64,000 nucleotides of DNA from Monocercomonoides exilis PA203 (lineage: Eukaryota; Protista; Preaxostyla). Below the pieces are notes generated by a model. It ran no database searches and was not told the origin of the DNA. It was given only the letters and a program-made list of their open reading frames with translations. The first letter of the stretch is position 1; each line of letters starts with the position of its first letter. The stretch lies in assembly GCA_001643675.2 (NCBI GenBank), contig LSRY02000007.1, positions 682,001 to 746,000 of the forward strand. Direction: 5' to 3'. A program made the translations under genes and the position numbers. Shown here one piece after another: positions 1 to 11,883 of this stretch.

Positions 1-117
1 ATCCAAAAAAACAAACTATTCAGATTGTTTCTCAATTCTGAGAAGTCAGAAAAATGGATATTTCAAATAATCATCAAAAACAAGCCAAAATGAAGAAAGC
101 ACAGAATTAAAATTAAT

Positions 118-1032
118 TTGCGGAGTTTCTTTGGAAGGATGCTGTGGATTTGCAGAAAGCGCAGCAATAGAAATTCTGGAAATAACAATGCTTCATTTTC
201 TCGAAGTGGGATACCAATTAATGTGATTCTGTTTAAAATCCTATTTATTTGGTATTATGCTGGCGCAAATTTTTGTTCGGAAATGTTGGGGATATATTGG
301 AACTCTGTTGCATATTGGCCATCTGTTATGAGGTGTTGTACGATGGAAATTATAAATCAGAATGAAACCATTCTTGAATGTGAAAACTATATTGTTGAAA
401 AAGATGAATGTGTTTTGAGGATAAAAAAGCATCATGGAGGAAGAAGAAAAAAACAAATGTGGGTCTTCGGAGCAGTGGAGCGAAAGAAAGATAAAATGGA
501 TGAAACAAGGAATTATTTTGTCATGATTGAACCAGACAGTTCAGCTTCGACGTTGATTCCTATCATTCAAAAGCACATTCTTCCCATTCAACAATAAAAT
601 CTGATGAATGGAAGGCATATTCATCTCTTTCTCGCATGGATCCAATCATCAAACAGTGTGCCATTAAAGAAAATATTATGACGAAGATACTCATGCATGC
701 ACAAATACAATAAAAGGATTATAGAACCATATGCGATGATTTTTCCCTCCCTAACGTATTCAAAAAAATTTGTCGGAGATCAGCATGTTTTTCTGATAAG
801 ATATAAGAGAAAAAAAGTGAGATTAGAAGAATTTGTATCAAAAATTGTTTTCTTCAAAGAAAAATAAACAGAAGAAGCTGAAAAAGCTGAAGAAACAGAA
901 GAAAATGAAGAAGAAATACCTGATTTGGATGATTTGATTATTTCAAATGACAGTAAAACAAGTGAAACCGATTATATTGACCCAGGTGATGGTTTATGTG
1001 CCTCTGAGTATTCAGAAAACTCAAAAAGATGA
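118..1032 (+). mobile_element. Degenerate Merlin / IS1595-family (ISXO2-like DDE) transposase, pseudogenised
   Basis: The ORF gives KKHHGGRRKKQMWVFGAVERK...SASTLIPIIQKHILP. After frameshifts the DNA continues STIKSDEWKAYSSL, NHQTVCH*, THACTNTIKGL*NHMR, matching ISXO2 motifs (WVFG, TIxSDEWxAY, HxTVNH, HTNTIEGxW). An acidic tail runs to ~1030. Multiple stops/frameshifts; no Merlin TIRs identified. Confidence 0.85.
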
Positions 1033-1049
1033 ACTATTTTTTTAATTCA

Positions 1050-1270
1050 TAAATGATTCTTTTTGAAATCACAACTTTTTTCGGAGTGCTTTTTCTTCAA
1101 AGGTTATATCTCTTCAAAGAGGAATTATTCACTTGAAAGAAAAAAAGCATAATAATTGTTTTTAATCTTGATATTTGCAATTTTACTCATGAAATTGTCT
1201 TCTTTGAAGGAGTTAAAGCTTTTCAGTGTTCATTAATCAATATTCAAAGTGAATTCAAAAAACCGAGATT
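1050..1270. mobile_element. Degenerate palindromic miniature element (TTTTTGAAA terminal family)
   Basis: Left end tgattctttttgaaatcac vs right end gtgaattcaaaaaa; internal ctcttcaaagagg vs tcttctttgaaggag in inverted orientation. Boundaries approximate. Confidence 0.5.
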
Positions 1271-1283
1271 TTTGATTGGAAAG

Positions 1284-1691
1284 ATAGAAAGTGTAAATAA
1301 CGATGGACACTTTCAATAACTGTTGACAGTGGAATTATCTCAACAACCGTTGATAGTTGCTTTTTGACAATAGACAAATTTGTTCCCTCATTGAATATAA
1401 ACTTATTTGAATTGTTTTAATCACGCATCCAACATAGTGATAATTCATAATAATTATTTTTTATTTCAGGAGAAACTCGGAGAATCTCATTTCTCCGAGT
1501 TTTTTTTATAATTTAAATTGTATCATTCTTTCCTATTGGGAGCAAGTTGTTTCATTTTTGTATGACTTACAAGTTTGTATTCAATGAGGGAATAATTGGG
1601 TTAATTGTCAAAAAACAATTGTCAACAGTTGTTGAGATAATGCAACTGTCCACAGTTGTTGAAAGTGTCCACCATTATTAACACTAACTAT
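1284..1691. mobile_element. ~410-bp foldback/palindromic miniature element
   Basis: 1284-1404 aligns with the reverse complement of 1571-1691 (e.g. ggacactttcaataactgttgacagt / actgtccacagttgttgaaagtgtcc). A perfect 12-bp stem aaactcggagaa (1473-1484) / ttctccgagttt (1491-1502) sits on the same symmetry axis (~1488). Confidence 0.85.
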
Positions 1692-2009
1692 ATATGATTT
1701 GGGACGAATTTTTTTCTCAATAAAAATTTTGTTCCACTCAATTATATCCAACGTTTTTCTCAAAAATTTTTAATATTCTTTTTTATTACACATGGGAATG
1801 TGAGACTTATGATTACGCAATGGAGAAAAAGTTTGGAACAAAACACAGTTTTTTTTCTCAAATGAAAAAAATTCGCAACATTTCAAAAAGAATCACTTAT
1901 ATTGAAAGTTTGTTTTATATCATTGAACTTTCCAAAAATTAAAAATAAGTTTTGAAATATTCTTTAAACCAAACAAGCAAACAAAAATATTTTTCGAACC
2001 AAGGAGATA

Positions 2010-3678
2010 CACTAAAAATTATTCAACATCGAAAAAGTTTAAAACAACATCGAAAATATTTAATTCAACATCGAAAATTCTTTATCATCAAAAATTTTAT
2101 AAAAATTTTCAAAATTCAAAATCATGTCAGTTTCTTTTCTTTCAGTTATTGATCTGAGAAAATCGTCAATTTCAATTAGAAAAATATTATTTGATGTTTT
2201 TTGGTGTTTGTGCAAAACAGTGCAAATAGGTTGAAACTGAGTTATAATTAAACTCTTCACATGTGTTCAGGAGATTATTAGGAATTTATGAAAAAAATGA
2301 AAGTCATAGGATAATTCATGATCTTGTTTTGTGCACAAAAAGACAGAAATTTATTTCATTTATTGAAAACGGAATGTTTTGAGTTTCATTAATTGCATTT
2401 GAAACAGATAAAATAAAACATTTTCAATTTTCAAAATAAGAAAAGAAATCGATTGATATCAGTCTTTATCAAAGAAAACAGAAGTTTAAAACGAAAGAAA
2501 AACATTTCCAATAGGGTGCATATTTTATCTTGACCTCAAAATTTTATCTCAACCCTGTTTTTTTGTAACTTATTTTTGCTTTTTTGATTTGTGAAAAGGC
2601 TAAAAACAAAAACAAAACAAATAGACTTTCTGATATTTTTGTTTTTTAGAATTCTGTTAAAAAATTTTTTGATATTTTTTTTATTCAAAAAAATATTAAA
2701 AAATTTTTTTATTTTAGGACCCAGATCAAAGACTTGCTGTATGTGAAGCCAATATTTCATACCGATCGTTTTAAGCCACAGCATCATCATTCCACATTCC
2801 TATATTATTATTTTTACTTGTTTTTAACTTATTCAATATAATTTTTAACCTTTTTTTCTCATTTCACTGTTTTTGCTTAAAACACAATTTTCGGAACAAA
2901 TATGAATTTGTGTAAATTTTTTAGCACATGAAAAATAAAAACAAAGTATTGTTTATTGTATATTTTTATTCAATTTTGAAATGAAAAAGAATTGAACAAG
3001 AATTTGAAGTGAAATGGCAGAACATATTATAATTTTGATCTGAAAATTGTTCATCATATACAAATATTTTGTTGTTTTTTCTTTGAGATATCATTTCATT
3101 TCAAATTTGTTTTTATTCCATTTCATTAAATTTGAAAACGAATGGATGCGTGTCTCTGAAATCGTGTTTTTAAAAAAATGTCTGAAATGAGAAAAAGTGT
3201 TAAAAAAACAAGTTGAGAAAGTTCAAAACAAGTTTAACTTATAAAAAATAAACGATGTATTGTGATATGAAAGCTTAAAACTTCCGATAAAAAATATTTG
3301 CTGGAAAAGCAGCAAGTCAATGAACAAAACATAAAATTATTATAATCCTCGATCTTTTTGAAAAACATGAAATATTGGAAAAAAAATACAGAAAAAGGAA
3401 ATTAAAACATTTCAAACATTTTTGGTTATTTTTTATTTATCGCAGGCTTGTGTATAGCTGAAAGCATAACAAAAAAGAAAAAGGTCAAGATAAAGAAAAA
3501 AGGTTAAGATAAAATCATAGCCCTAAATAAACATTAGTTATTGTCAACATTAATGTCAATAAAATTTCCTTGGTTTTAACTTGAATTGAAATTTTGAACC
3601 AATCAACTTCATTTTCGATTTTGAATTAAACATTTTCGATTTTGTATAATAATTTTCGATGTTGAATAATTTATGGTG
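2010..3678. mobile_element. CAC-terminal MITE, copy 1, interrupted by a nested 1-kb element
   Basis: TA-cactaaaaattattcaacatcgaaaa ... ttttcgatgttgaataatttatggtg TIRs with subterminal aacatcgaaaa repeats; homologous to 13675-14332. Confidence 0.85.
2514..3523. mobile_element. Nested ~1010-bp GGG...CCC foldback element with TA target-site duplication
   Basis: TA|gggtgcatattttatcttgacc ... ggttaagataaaatcatagccc|TA. The empty site in the copy at ~14170 reads catttccaa-TA-aataagc. Internal inverted similarity: gacttgctg/cagcaagtc, gttttaagc/gcttaaaac, aatttgaagtgaaatg/catttcatttcaaatt. Confidence 0.85.
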
Positions 3679-4360
3679 AATGTTAACGAATCTAATTTTG
3701 ATCGAAAATGAAAAAAACTCCAATCAATTTCCAAAAGAGCAACAACAACGAAAGTGATTTTAAAATGTAATTTCATGAAGAAACATGTTTCATATCATTT
3801 TTTTTAGAAAAAAAATTCTGTTTTGCACAAAAAAATTTCCACATTCTGCAAAATGCTCGAAAAGAATTATTAAAATTTTCAGAAATGATTCAATTTTCTA
3901 TCTATTCATTATTAGCTGTTTTTGAAACAAGTTGGATGGAATTCTTTTATCTAGAATTCATATCATTCAATTATTTTTCTTTTAGCTTTTTTCACTTTTC
4001 GTTTGCATAATTCTTTTCAAGTTAATAATTGTTTAAATACCTTTTACGATTAATTTTTAAAATATTTGCAATATCAAATAATTGAATTGTGCTTATTTGC
4101 AATTATATCAATTTAAAATAAATGAGTCTCTCTATTAAAAAGTATAGTCATCACTTTGTGAAAAATGATTAAAAGTCAGCAAAAGTTTATTATTCCGGTT
4201 TCCTCTCCATACACGCAATACTCTTTGATAATTTTAATGCAAAAATTTGATAATATATAACTCCAACAAAGTCCAGATAAAAATAGAAATGAATAACGAT
4301 ATTCAGTGAAAAATTGCTACAGCAATATTATGAATAGAACGAAGAATTCGAAAATTTGAA

Positions 4361-5370
4361 TTACTGCTTTTCTGGCTCTGTAACTTGCTGAACAACAGCA
4401 GCATGAAGTTTACATTCTCTTCCTTTGATAGTCATTGTCGGATGCTCTTCAAGAACTTTTTTCTGCTCCGCTTCATCTTCAAAATCAACAAATCCGTATC
4501 CAACATTTAACATAGTATTGAACTGACGATGAGCAAGTGTAACTTCTTTGACTTTATATTGTGAAAACGCCTCTTTGAGTTCATCTGATGTTAACGAAAA
4601 CGGCAAGTTTGAAATAAATACAAGAGTGGGAGATGTTGGTGTATCAGGATTTATAACAGTACGTCTTTTTGCAGGCTTTGGAGGTCTGCGTTGCTGCGTT
4701 GCCATTCTCATTCCAAATCCTCCTCTTTGCATCATCATCCCAGGCCTGAATCCACCAACCCATCCAGGAGCACCATACATCTGCGCAAACGGTCCGACAA
4801 AACCAAATCCAGGAGGAGCTGCAAAAGCAAAACCTCCTCTTCTACGTGGTGGAAGTCCAAATCTCCTCGGAGCTGCTCGCTGAAAACCTCCTCGTACTGG
4901 AGCTCCTTGAAATGCGGGCTTTTGAAAACTACCAGCTGGCCTTATTTGTTGTTGACGTGGAATTTGCCTCCGTGGTCCGACTGAACGAGATTGCTGAAGT
5001 TGCGGTTGTTTATCATGTGAATATTCAACTCTGATTTTTCTTCCTTCGAGCATATATCCATTAAATCTTCGGCGAACCTCCTCAGCGGAAGCAGCATCGA
5101 CCATATCAACATATCCGGTTCCCTTTGATAATCCCTCCTCTGTTTCAATTGTTGCATTCATGCTTTGAAATGTAATTTATAATAAATCAGTTTAACAAAT
5201 CATAAATAAACAAGAGAGTAAATAGAAACGCATATTTATGATCTTGCTATAAAGAAATAAAAAACATGAATTAAGTCAAACACAATGCCTACAGATTCAA
5301 ATAGTTTTCCAACTGTAATTGCACGAGTTGTTTGATTGAGATTAGAGATGTAAAGTCGATGAGAGCTCAT
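4361..5370 (-). CDS. RNA-binding protein with two RRM domains and an R/G/F/P-rich linker
   Basis: Exon 1 (5370-5282) MSSHRLYISNLNQTTRAITVGKLFESVGIV contains RNP2. GT-AG intron 5281-5163. Exon 2 has RNP1 KGTGYVDM and a second RRM (VFISNLPF...VGYGFVDF). Confidence 0.9.
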
Positions 5371-5444
5371 TTTTTGATCATCCAACCCCAATAAGTAAAT
5401 AATTTTTCACCGTGTTTCACAGTTCTTAAACAGGCAGTTAAATT

Positions 5445-6226
5445 ATGATCAGAAACTGTGTGATTTTCTGTTGAATGAAAAATAACTAAAATTCTATTTT
5501 ATTTTTATTGGGCTATTTTAATATTTTTTTAGTTAGCTCTGTTTTCAAAACTCCTCGCCATCCCTTTGAGCGTGAGAGAATCGATAGTGAACTTCGAATT
5601 TGCGGAGAATACGGACTTCGTAACAAGAGAGAACTTTGGAGAGTTACTCATTCACTTGCAAAGGTACGGTTATTTTTTCATGTTAAAAGGCGTATTTTTT
5701 GAGATTATATACCAATTATTTTATCAATTTTTATCAGCTTCGCGAAAAATCAAGAGAACTTCTTACCCTTGACCCGAAGGACGAGAGACGTATTTTTGAA
5801 GGTGAAGCCATTATCCGTTATTTGTCAAGGCTGGGTGTACTTGATGAAGAGCACCAAGCTCTCGATTACGTTCTGGGTTTGAAGCCACAAGATTTTATGG
5901 AACGTCGTCTTCAGACACTTGTTCTCAAAAAGAAGCTTGCTCGTTCAATTCATCATGCTCGTCTTCTTATTACCCAAGGTCACATCAGGTTTGCTTTTCT
6001 ATTATCTATTTTTTGATGATTGGAAAAAAAAATTATACAATGCTTCAATCTGAAAATCTGCAGGATTGGAAAGCAAATTGTGACAGTTCCAAGCTTTATG
6101 GTTGCTGTTGCAAATGAAAGTCACATTGATTTTGATCCACGCAGTCCATTTGGAGGAGGGAAACCAGGACGTGTTGCAAAGAAGAAGCTGAGAGCTGGAG
6201 AAAAGAAAGAAGAAGATGATGAATAA
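5445..6226 (+). CDS. RPS9: 40S ribosomal protein S9 (uS4), 4 exons
   Basis: Spliced [42 protein letters not shown]...[24 protein letters not shown]...ERRLQTLV...[30 protein letters not shown]...[14 protein letters not shown]; three GT-AG introns. Confidence 0.97.
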
Positions 6227-6479
6227 ACAGATCAATTCATCCTCGCTTCACTTCATTCGGAGCCCAGTTTCTGCTGCACTTTTCATTCTATTGAAAATAA
6301 AATGAATTGATCATTGAAGATTGTTTTTATTATCACAAATCAGTATCTCTTTGAAAGAATCAAACCTTTTAATTTCAAAAGATTATTCAAAGAAAAAGAA
6401 TGCTATTTATACTTTCATTTTACAATTTAAAACAATTGAAATCGCTTTCTATGGAAGAAGTTCCCTGAAAATGATATGC

Positions 6480-6747
6480 TCAGGTGAAAAGCAGGGGCAG
6501 CCTTGTGCGAGTCTCCATGAACGGTGTTCCAACAGTCTCCTTTCTGCTTGTCTCAGCAACTTTGTCTACAAAAGTTTCATCTGACCACACACAAATGCTT
6601 CCATCGGCTGAAGCTGTCACGAGAAGAGGCAGTCCGCCCAGCGACGAGCACATCCCATAACACAACGATGAACAAACAGAAGTGTGCGCCTGTGGTGAAC
6701 AGACGACAGTACCCTGAGAGAAAAAAAAATTAATGACACAGGAAAAC

Positions 6748-6778
<31 letters not shown>

Positions 6779-8128
6779 AATAGATAAAGAAGACAATGAA
6801 ACAATTGTTTAAATAAAAAATAAAATGAATGCAACACACTTCAACAAGATCCCAAAAAAACACCTTTCCGTCTTCAGAACCACATATGACAACACTATCG
6901 TCTTCACTGAAGCAGCACTCCACCTGAAACTTCTCGTGTTTGTGCCCTTTGAATCTGTACAACGAAGAAAGTCAATAAATCATGAAGAAAACGAATGAGC
7001 AAGCGTCAAACTGATTCAGCTCATCGCCTGAGATTCGATCGACCAGGTGCACAGCACCACTTAGACAGGAAGCAATAAAGCAGTTTCTGTCATGTGACAC
7101 AGCCATCGATGTTATCGGAACTGAACCATCACACACACACACAATTGACACGCAAATGACAACACAAATGAAAGAATTTATTATCATTATGCAAAATAAA
7201 CAAATGCATTTTAGGGGGGAAAAAGAAGATTAAAAAAAATAGCTGAAAAAGAAAATAACTTTGGAAAGAGATTCAGACCTCCAATTGAATCAACTGTCAC
7301 TTTCCCTGTCCGAAGATCATATGTTCTCAAAGATCCGTCTATTGAGCTAAAAAAACAAGAAAATCGCGAAACACAAAGAAGAAGAAGAAAATGCTCGAAC
7401 CTTGTGAAGATGCTTGAAGAAAGAATTTCAATCGAAGTTATTCCGTCTTTTGCTTCTGTGAGTATCTGAATGGGCGTAAATGAACGAGCTCTGGTTGTCA
7501 AATCGATTTCAAAATTAAACATATACGAACAAACTAACACAGAATACAAACCGCATGTCCCAAAGTCTCACGGTTTTGTCAGATGAACCAGAAGCCAAAA
7601 TGTTCGTGCTTTTGTCGAATGCCAGGCAATTTATTTTCTGCCATAGTTTGAACGGTGCACATAAAAATTAAAATGAAAAATATTTGATTTTGAGAATACT
7701 ATTATCAAACCTGAGAATGACCTCGAAGACGAGTTTTGATCCTTGTATGGGCAATATCCCAAACAAGAACAAGCTTGTCCATCCCTCCTGATGCAAACAT
7801 TGAATTCGAAGTGTCACTTTTGAAATTTTAATAGCATTGCAATCATAAAACGAATATATTCAGTTTTCATAAAAAAAATTTAAGATAATTGATGAGAATG
7901 GATGCAAAATATTTGTGAAGCAAACATCGCGAGACTTGTAACATCAAAGCCATGACCTCCTTCAAAGGAATAGACATGTTTTCCTTTTAAAGGATTCCAT
8001 AAATGAATGGCTCGATCTCTTCCACCACTGAAGCAGTAATTTCCATTTTCATTAAGTCGAACAATGTGAACGGGACCTTTCTGCCCACCCAGCTTTTGAA
8101 CAAGCTTGTTCGGCAGAGAAATAGACAT
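6480..8128 (-). CDS. WDR83: WD40-repeat protein WDR83/MORG1 homolog, ~8 exons
   Basis: Spliced reading GQKGPVHIVRLNENGNYCFSGGRDRAIHLWNP...FASGGMDKLVLVWDI...LRGHSQKINCLAF...ASGSSDKTVRLWDMR...PIQILTEAKDGITSI...SIDGSLRTYDLRTG...FKGH...ICGSEDGKVFFWDLVE is characteristic of MORG1. Confidence 0.88.
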
Positions 8129-8544
8129 TCCAATTTGAAGGATTATTCTTTCCTATCAACGGCTTCTGCAACCAGAGAAACAAATAGTTTTATCTTTCTT
8201 TGTTATTGTTTTGGTTAATTCGATCGATCATTATAAAAATATTCGTTGATTTCAATAATCTATTGAATGTATTTTTTTGTTAAACAAACTTCATTCAGTT
8301 ATTAGAAATGGATTTTTGTCAATTGTTAAGTTATCAAGAAGAAGCAAAAATATGGATTTCAAATAAAAGATAAACAGTGGATTGAAAGCTATTGAAAATT
8401 TTCTTTTTATTTTAAATTATTAAGATCATGTTGTGATTCACTGGAAACTAATTTATCGAAAAATGAAAAATTCCCAATATAAAAAGAATTTTTGAGCTTT
8501 TCGTGTTTTTCGAGGTTAAGGAGTTTATATAATGCTTATTAAAG

Positions 8545-10294
8545 ATGGGCGGAACTTCACCTCACAGAAAAGTCTCTGGAACTGTTTTTTTATTGACTGA
8601 CAATGTGGATGATTTGCCAGGTTGTACTTTTGTTTATTTTTTTTATCATTCATGAAAAATATGTTACAGATTTGCTTCTGCAATGCGGATGCGATGGAAA
8701 TCAAGAAATTTATTTAAAGAGAATAAAATGTCTTTTGGGACAGCTTTCCATTAAGCAATGTCGGAGCAAACTTCCTTCAAACTTTGGAGAGGAATTCCAA
8801 AGAATTGGAAAGAATCTCGACAAAAAAGCGGCTTCAATTTTCTTTAGCATCATTTACGAGATTTCGAAAAACTTGGCGCTCAATGAAACAGATCAATATT
8901 TTTCTGAGATGAAAGTGAAATTATTTTTTGGAGTTGGTTCACTTCTGGAGGACACGTTTCTGGGGAGCGTTGAGATGGACGAGGTTGCTTTGAGAGCAAT
9001 GCTATCGATTTGCTACCTCAACAAAGATAAAAGCATGGAGATGAACTTGTTAAATGAATGCATAGACTCAATTATGCAACTTCTAATGACTCCTCCAAAA
9101 TTTATCAAGCTTTCTCATAAATACGAATTTACTGCCGAGTTGCTTGGAGCACTTATTTGCGTTGTCTCTGACAAAGGTTAGAACTATTTTTATCCATGAA
9201 GTAATTTTTCTAGAAGATTGAGTTTCGCATATTAATGTGAATTGAAAAACGAATTAATTGTTCATTTACTGTTTTCAGTGAATAAGCTTATTGCAAAGAA
9301 AAAGAACATCCATCTTCTTGGCATCCATTTCTGCCATCAGATTTCTTGCATCAAAGTCCAACTGTCCAAAGATCAGCTTTGCATTGCATCCGAGGCAATC
9401 TCACTGATTGAGAATCTTCTATTTGAAGATGAGGCACTTTGCAGGGAAGTGGTGGATGATAGGCGCCTTGTGAAGTTCGTAGTAACGATGATTCAGACAT
9501 GCATTGAAGATTCATCCTGCTGCGACTTGAAAGATGAAACTTTTCCGAGGACATTTCACAACAAGCTTTTCGAGCCAATATGGAATAGAAGCGCTGCTAT
9601 TGTTGATCTGATGTTGCATTGCTGCGAGTTAATTTGGTCCATCTGTACAGGTTGTGCAGCGTGCGTGTGTGCCTTTTTGGAAGATGAACGTCTTCTCCGT
9701 TTATTCGCATCTTCTTTGAAATCATGCTCAAGTGCATGGAGCGAATGTGCTGTTAATACATTGCAATCCATGTTGAAGGCAGCAGTTGATGTGGATAAGT
9801 CAGAAATATCTCGTCCACTAAGAAATGAACAAAAGTCCGAAAATGATGATCAAATGCAAACGAGAAGAACAACTGGGAATGTGTCGGAATCAAGAGAACA
9901 AAAAGTACTATTGAAAAGCAATAAATATATCAGTTCTGGAGAGGAGGATATTGCTGTTTATCTTTTGCAGATGATGAATTCGACCAACTGCACGTCAGGC
10001 ATTCTTAATCTTTTTGTTCAGGATCATCGCATCATCGACACGACAATGACAGCATGGGACATTATTGACTTCACATCCGAATATTTTTTGGATGCATCAA
10101 AGCCGGATGTGAAGTCAGATTCTGTCGCAGAACAAAAAGAGGAAAAACGGGATCAGGCGAAGAGGATGTTTCTGGAATATGGAGAGGAAGAAGGAATGGA
10201 TGACATTCTTTTTGCTTTTGTTTTCCATTCCATACTGTATGGGCATGTGAGCAGAAAAAGCACTGGTATCAATATGTACCAAAGATGGAAATGA
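8545..10294 (+). CDS. Hypothetical helical (ARM-like) protein of a lineage-specific family; 5' end uncertain (may extend to ~8308)
   Basis: ORFs 8603-9181 and 9242-10294 join in frame via GT-AG introns (ccag|gttg..tacag|; aaag|gtta..ttcag|). The C-terminal EEEGMDDIL motif resembles EEDGYEDTI of the 11884 gene. Confidence 0.65.
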
Positions 10295-10439
10295 ACGAAA
10301 GCTATTTACTGAAAGAACACCTTTTTTAACGATAATTGAGCCTCGGCGATTTGAAAGTTGCATTTAATAAACTAACATATTTGCTCTACAATACAATTTT
10401 GTCTGTGAATTCTGTGGTGATATAAAAATTAGATTTTAA

Positions 10440-11280
10440 TTAAAATGGAGAAAGATATTTTTGAGATAGGCTCAAAAATTTATCGGGCCATCTTTGTTTG
10501 GAAGTGATGAGAATAAAACAACTCCATAAAAGATTGCATTCACAAAGATCAATCAGAAGATTTTGACTCAATTCTTCTTTTTCACAAAATATGCCTTCTG
10601 AGTTCAAACTATCTTCTTTTGGCTTTATTTCTGTCCCTCCTTCATTTACTTCTGTATTTGTCTCATTCATTCTATGTGCAGTTTCTTCTCAATCGAGAAG
10701 TTGAAGAGAAATCACACACGAAAGGAGAAGAAGGTTTGTGTGATGCATTCTCAGAGCACAATAATTGAAACGATAAAAAAATGTTCATAAAAATATTAGC
10801 ATTGGATATAGGCCTTCTTTATATTCGGTTATTACATTTTGAAGCTTTTAGAACAAGAAAATCATGAATACGTAATTCTGTGCGAATCTCTTCTTGTTCT
10901 ATTCCTCTTGGATCAACTCATTCACTTTCATCGAACATTTGGCAACTTATTAACTGCATTATCCAACAGCAGCGAACATCTGTGGTTATTTTTCATGCAT
11001 TGGTGATGACATTGAGGTTTTAGTTTCCTTTCGCAGATTGAACTGTTTATTCGCTAATTCTTCTTCTTTTAATGAATCTTGCAAAAAACAAGAACTGTTT
11101 CTCTCTAACTGTAGGAAAGAATGTTGATCAATAACTTTTAATGATGTAAAAAGTCTTGGCTTCTTTGTTCTGAAAGCACTTCTTCTTCCTTTTCATCATC
11201 ATCATCATCTTTACTTCCTTCGGATCTTCTTTCAGTTACAATTCAAAGATTTATTTTCAGGCATCTTAAAACATCCTTTT
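10440..11280 (-). pseudogene. Possible decayed paralog of the expanded hypothetical family
   Basis: Fragments NLLIDLCEC (cf. KHFIDLFECY) and KVNELIQE amid stops. Confidence 0.35.
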
Positions 11281-11736
11281 TATCTTATTTCTGAAAAACT
11301 CATTTTTGACAATAAGAAATATCTAAAAACACAAAAAATACGAAATTGCTGTTTCAAAAATATTTTATTTCTGTTCGAATTGTTTTAAAGATTTTTTATT
11401 AGTGATTGTGGTTTCCTTTATTTTCTCCATTTTTCCCCGTGTTGTTAGGATCTGTAAATGTCTATAGAAAACAAAGAAGACGAAACACAGCAAGCAAAGC
11501 AAAAGAACTAAAAAAAAAAAAGAAAACCAATTTTCAAAAATGAATGAAATCAACAAAGAATTCTGAAAAACTTGATTTGTAAATTTTATGACTTCTTCTA
11601 CTATCAAGGAAGATTCATGATGAAGATAATTAAGTGACAAAACAAATATCTGATCTTTATTTTCATTCAAAATTCAAATTTATTAAACTTAATTTAATTT
11701 TTATTGGTTTAACTTCACTTTGATGAATTGAAAAAA

Positions 11737-11773
<37 letters not shown>
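11737..11773. repeat. (TAT)n microsatellite followed by a T-rich tract
   Basis: About 12 tandem TAT units. Confidence 0.9.
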
Positions 11774-11775
<2 letters not shown>

Positions 11776-11883
11776 ATATTTTTATTTTTATTTTATTTTA
11801 TTTTATTTTTTTTTTTTTTTTGTGAATGTTGCAAAAAGAGAACATTGAAACTCTCTTCGCAAAACTCAATACATACCATTTTC

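Noticed and set aside
118-1032. Bacterial IS1595 or contamination
   Set aside because: Embedded in a contig of spliceosomal-intron genes and heavily decayed; eukaryotic Merlin is the simpler reading.
2020-2080. Short repeats aacatcgaaaa as a CRISPR-like array or iterons
   Set aside because: Only three ~11-bp units with ~9-bp spacers, mirrored at the other end of the element; these are MITE subterminal repeats.
2060-2260. Duplicated 66-aa ORF (also 13725-13925) as a gene
   Set aside because: Non-ATG start, no motif, and it lies inside the identical MITE segment.
5163-5281. Extra micro-exon or GC-AG intron within the RRM gene intron
   Set aside because: A single GT-AG intron restores a normal RRM (GIVMNATI); the alternative GT split introduces a stop.
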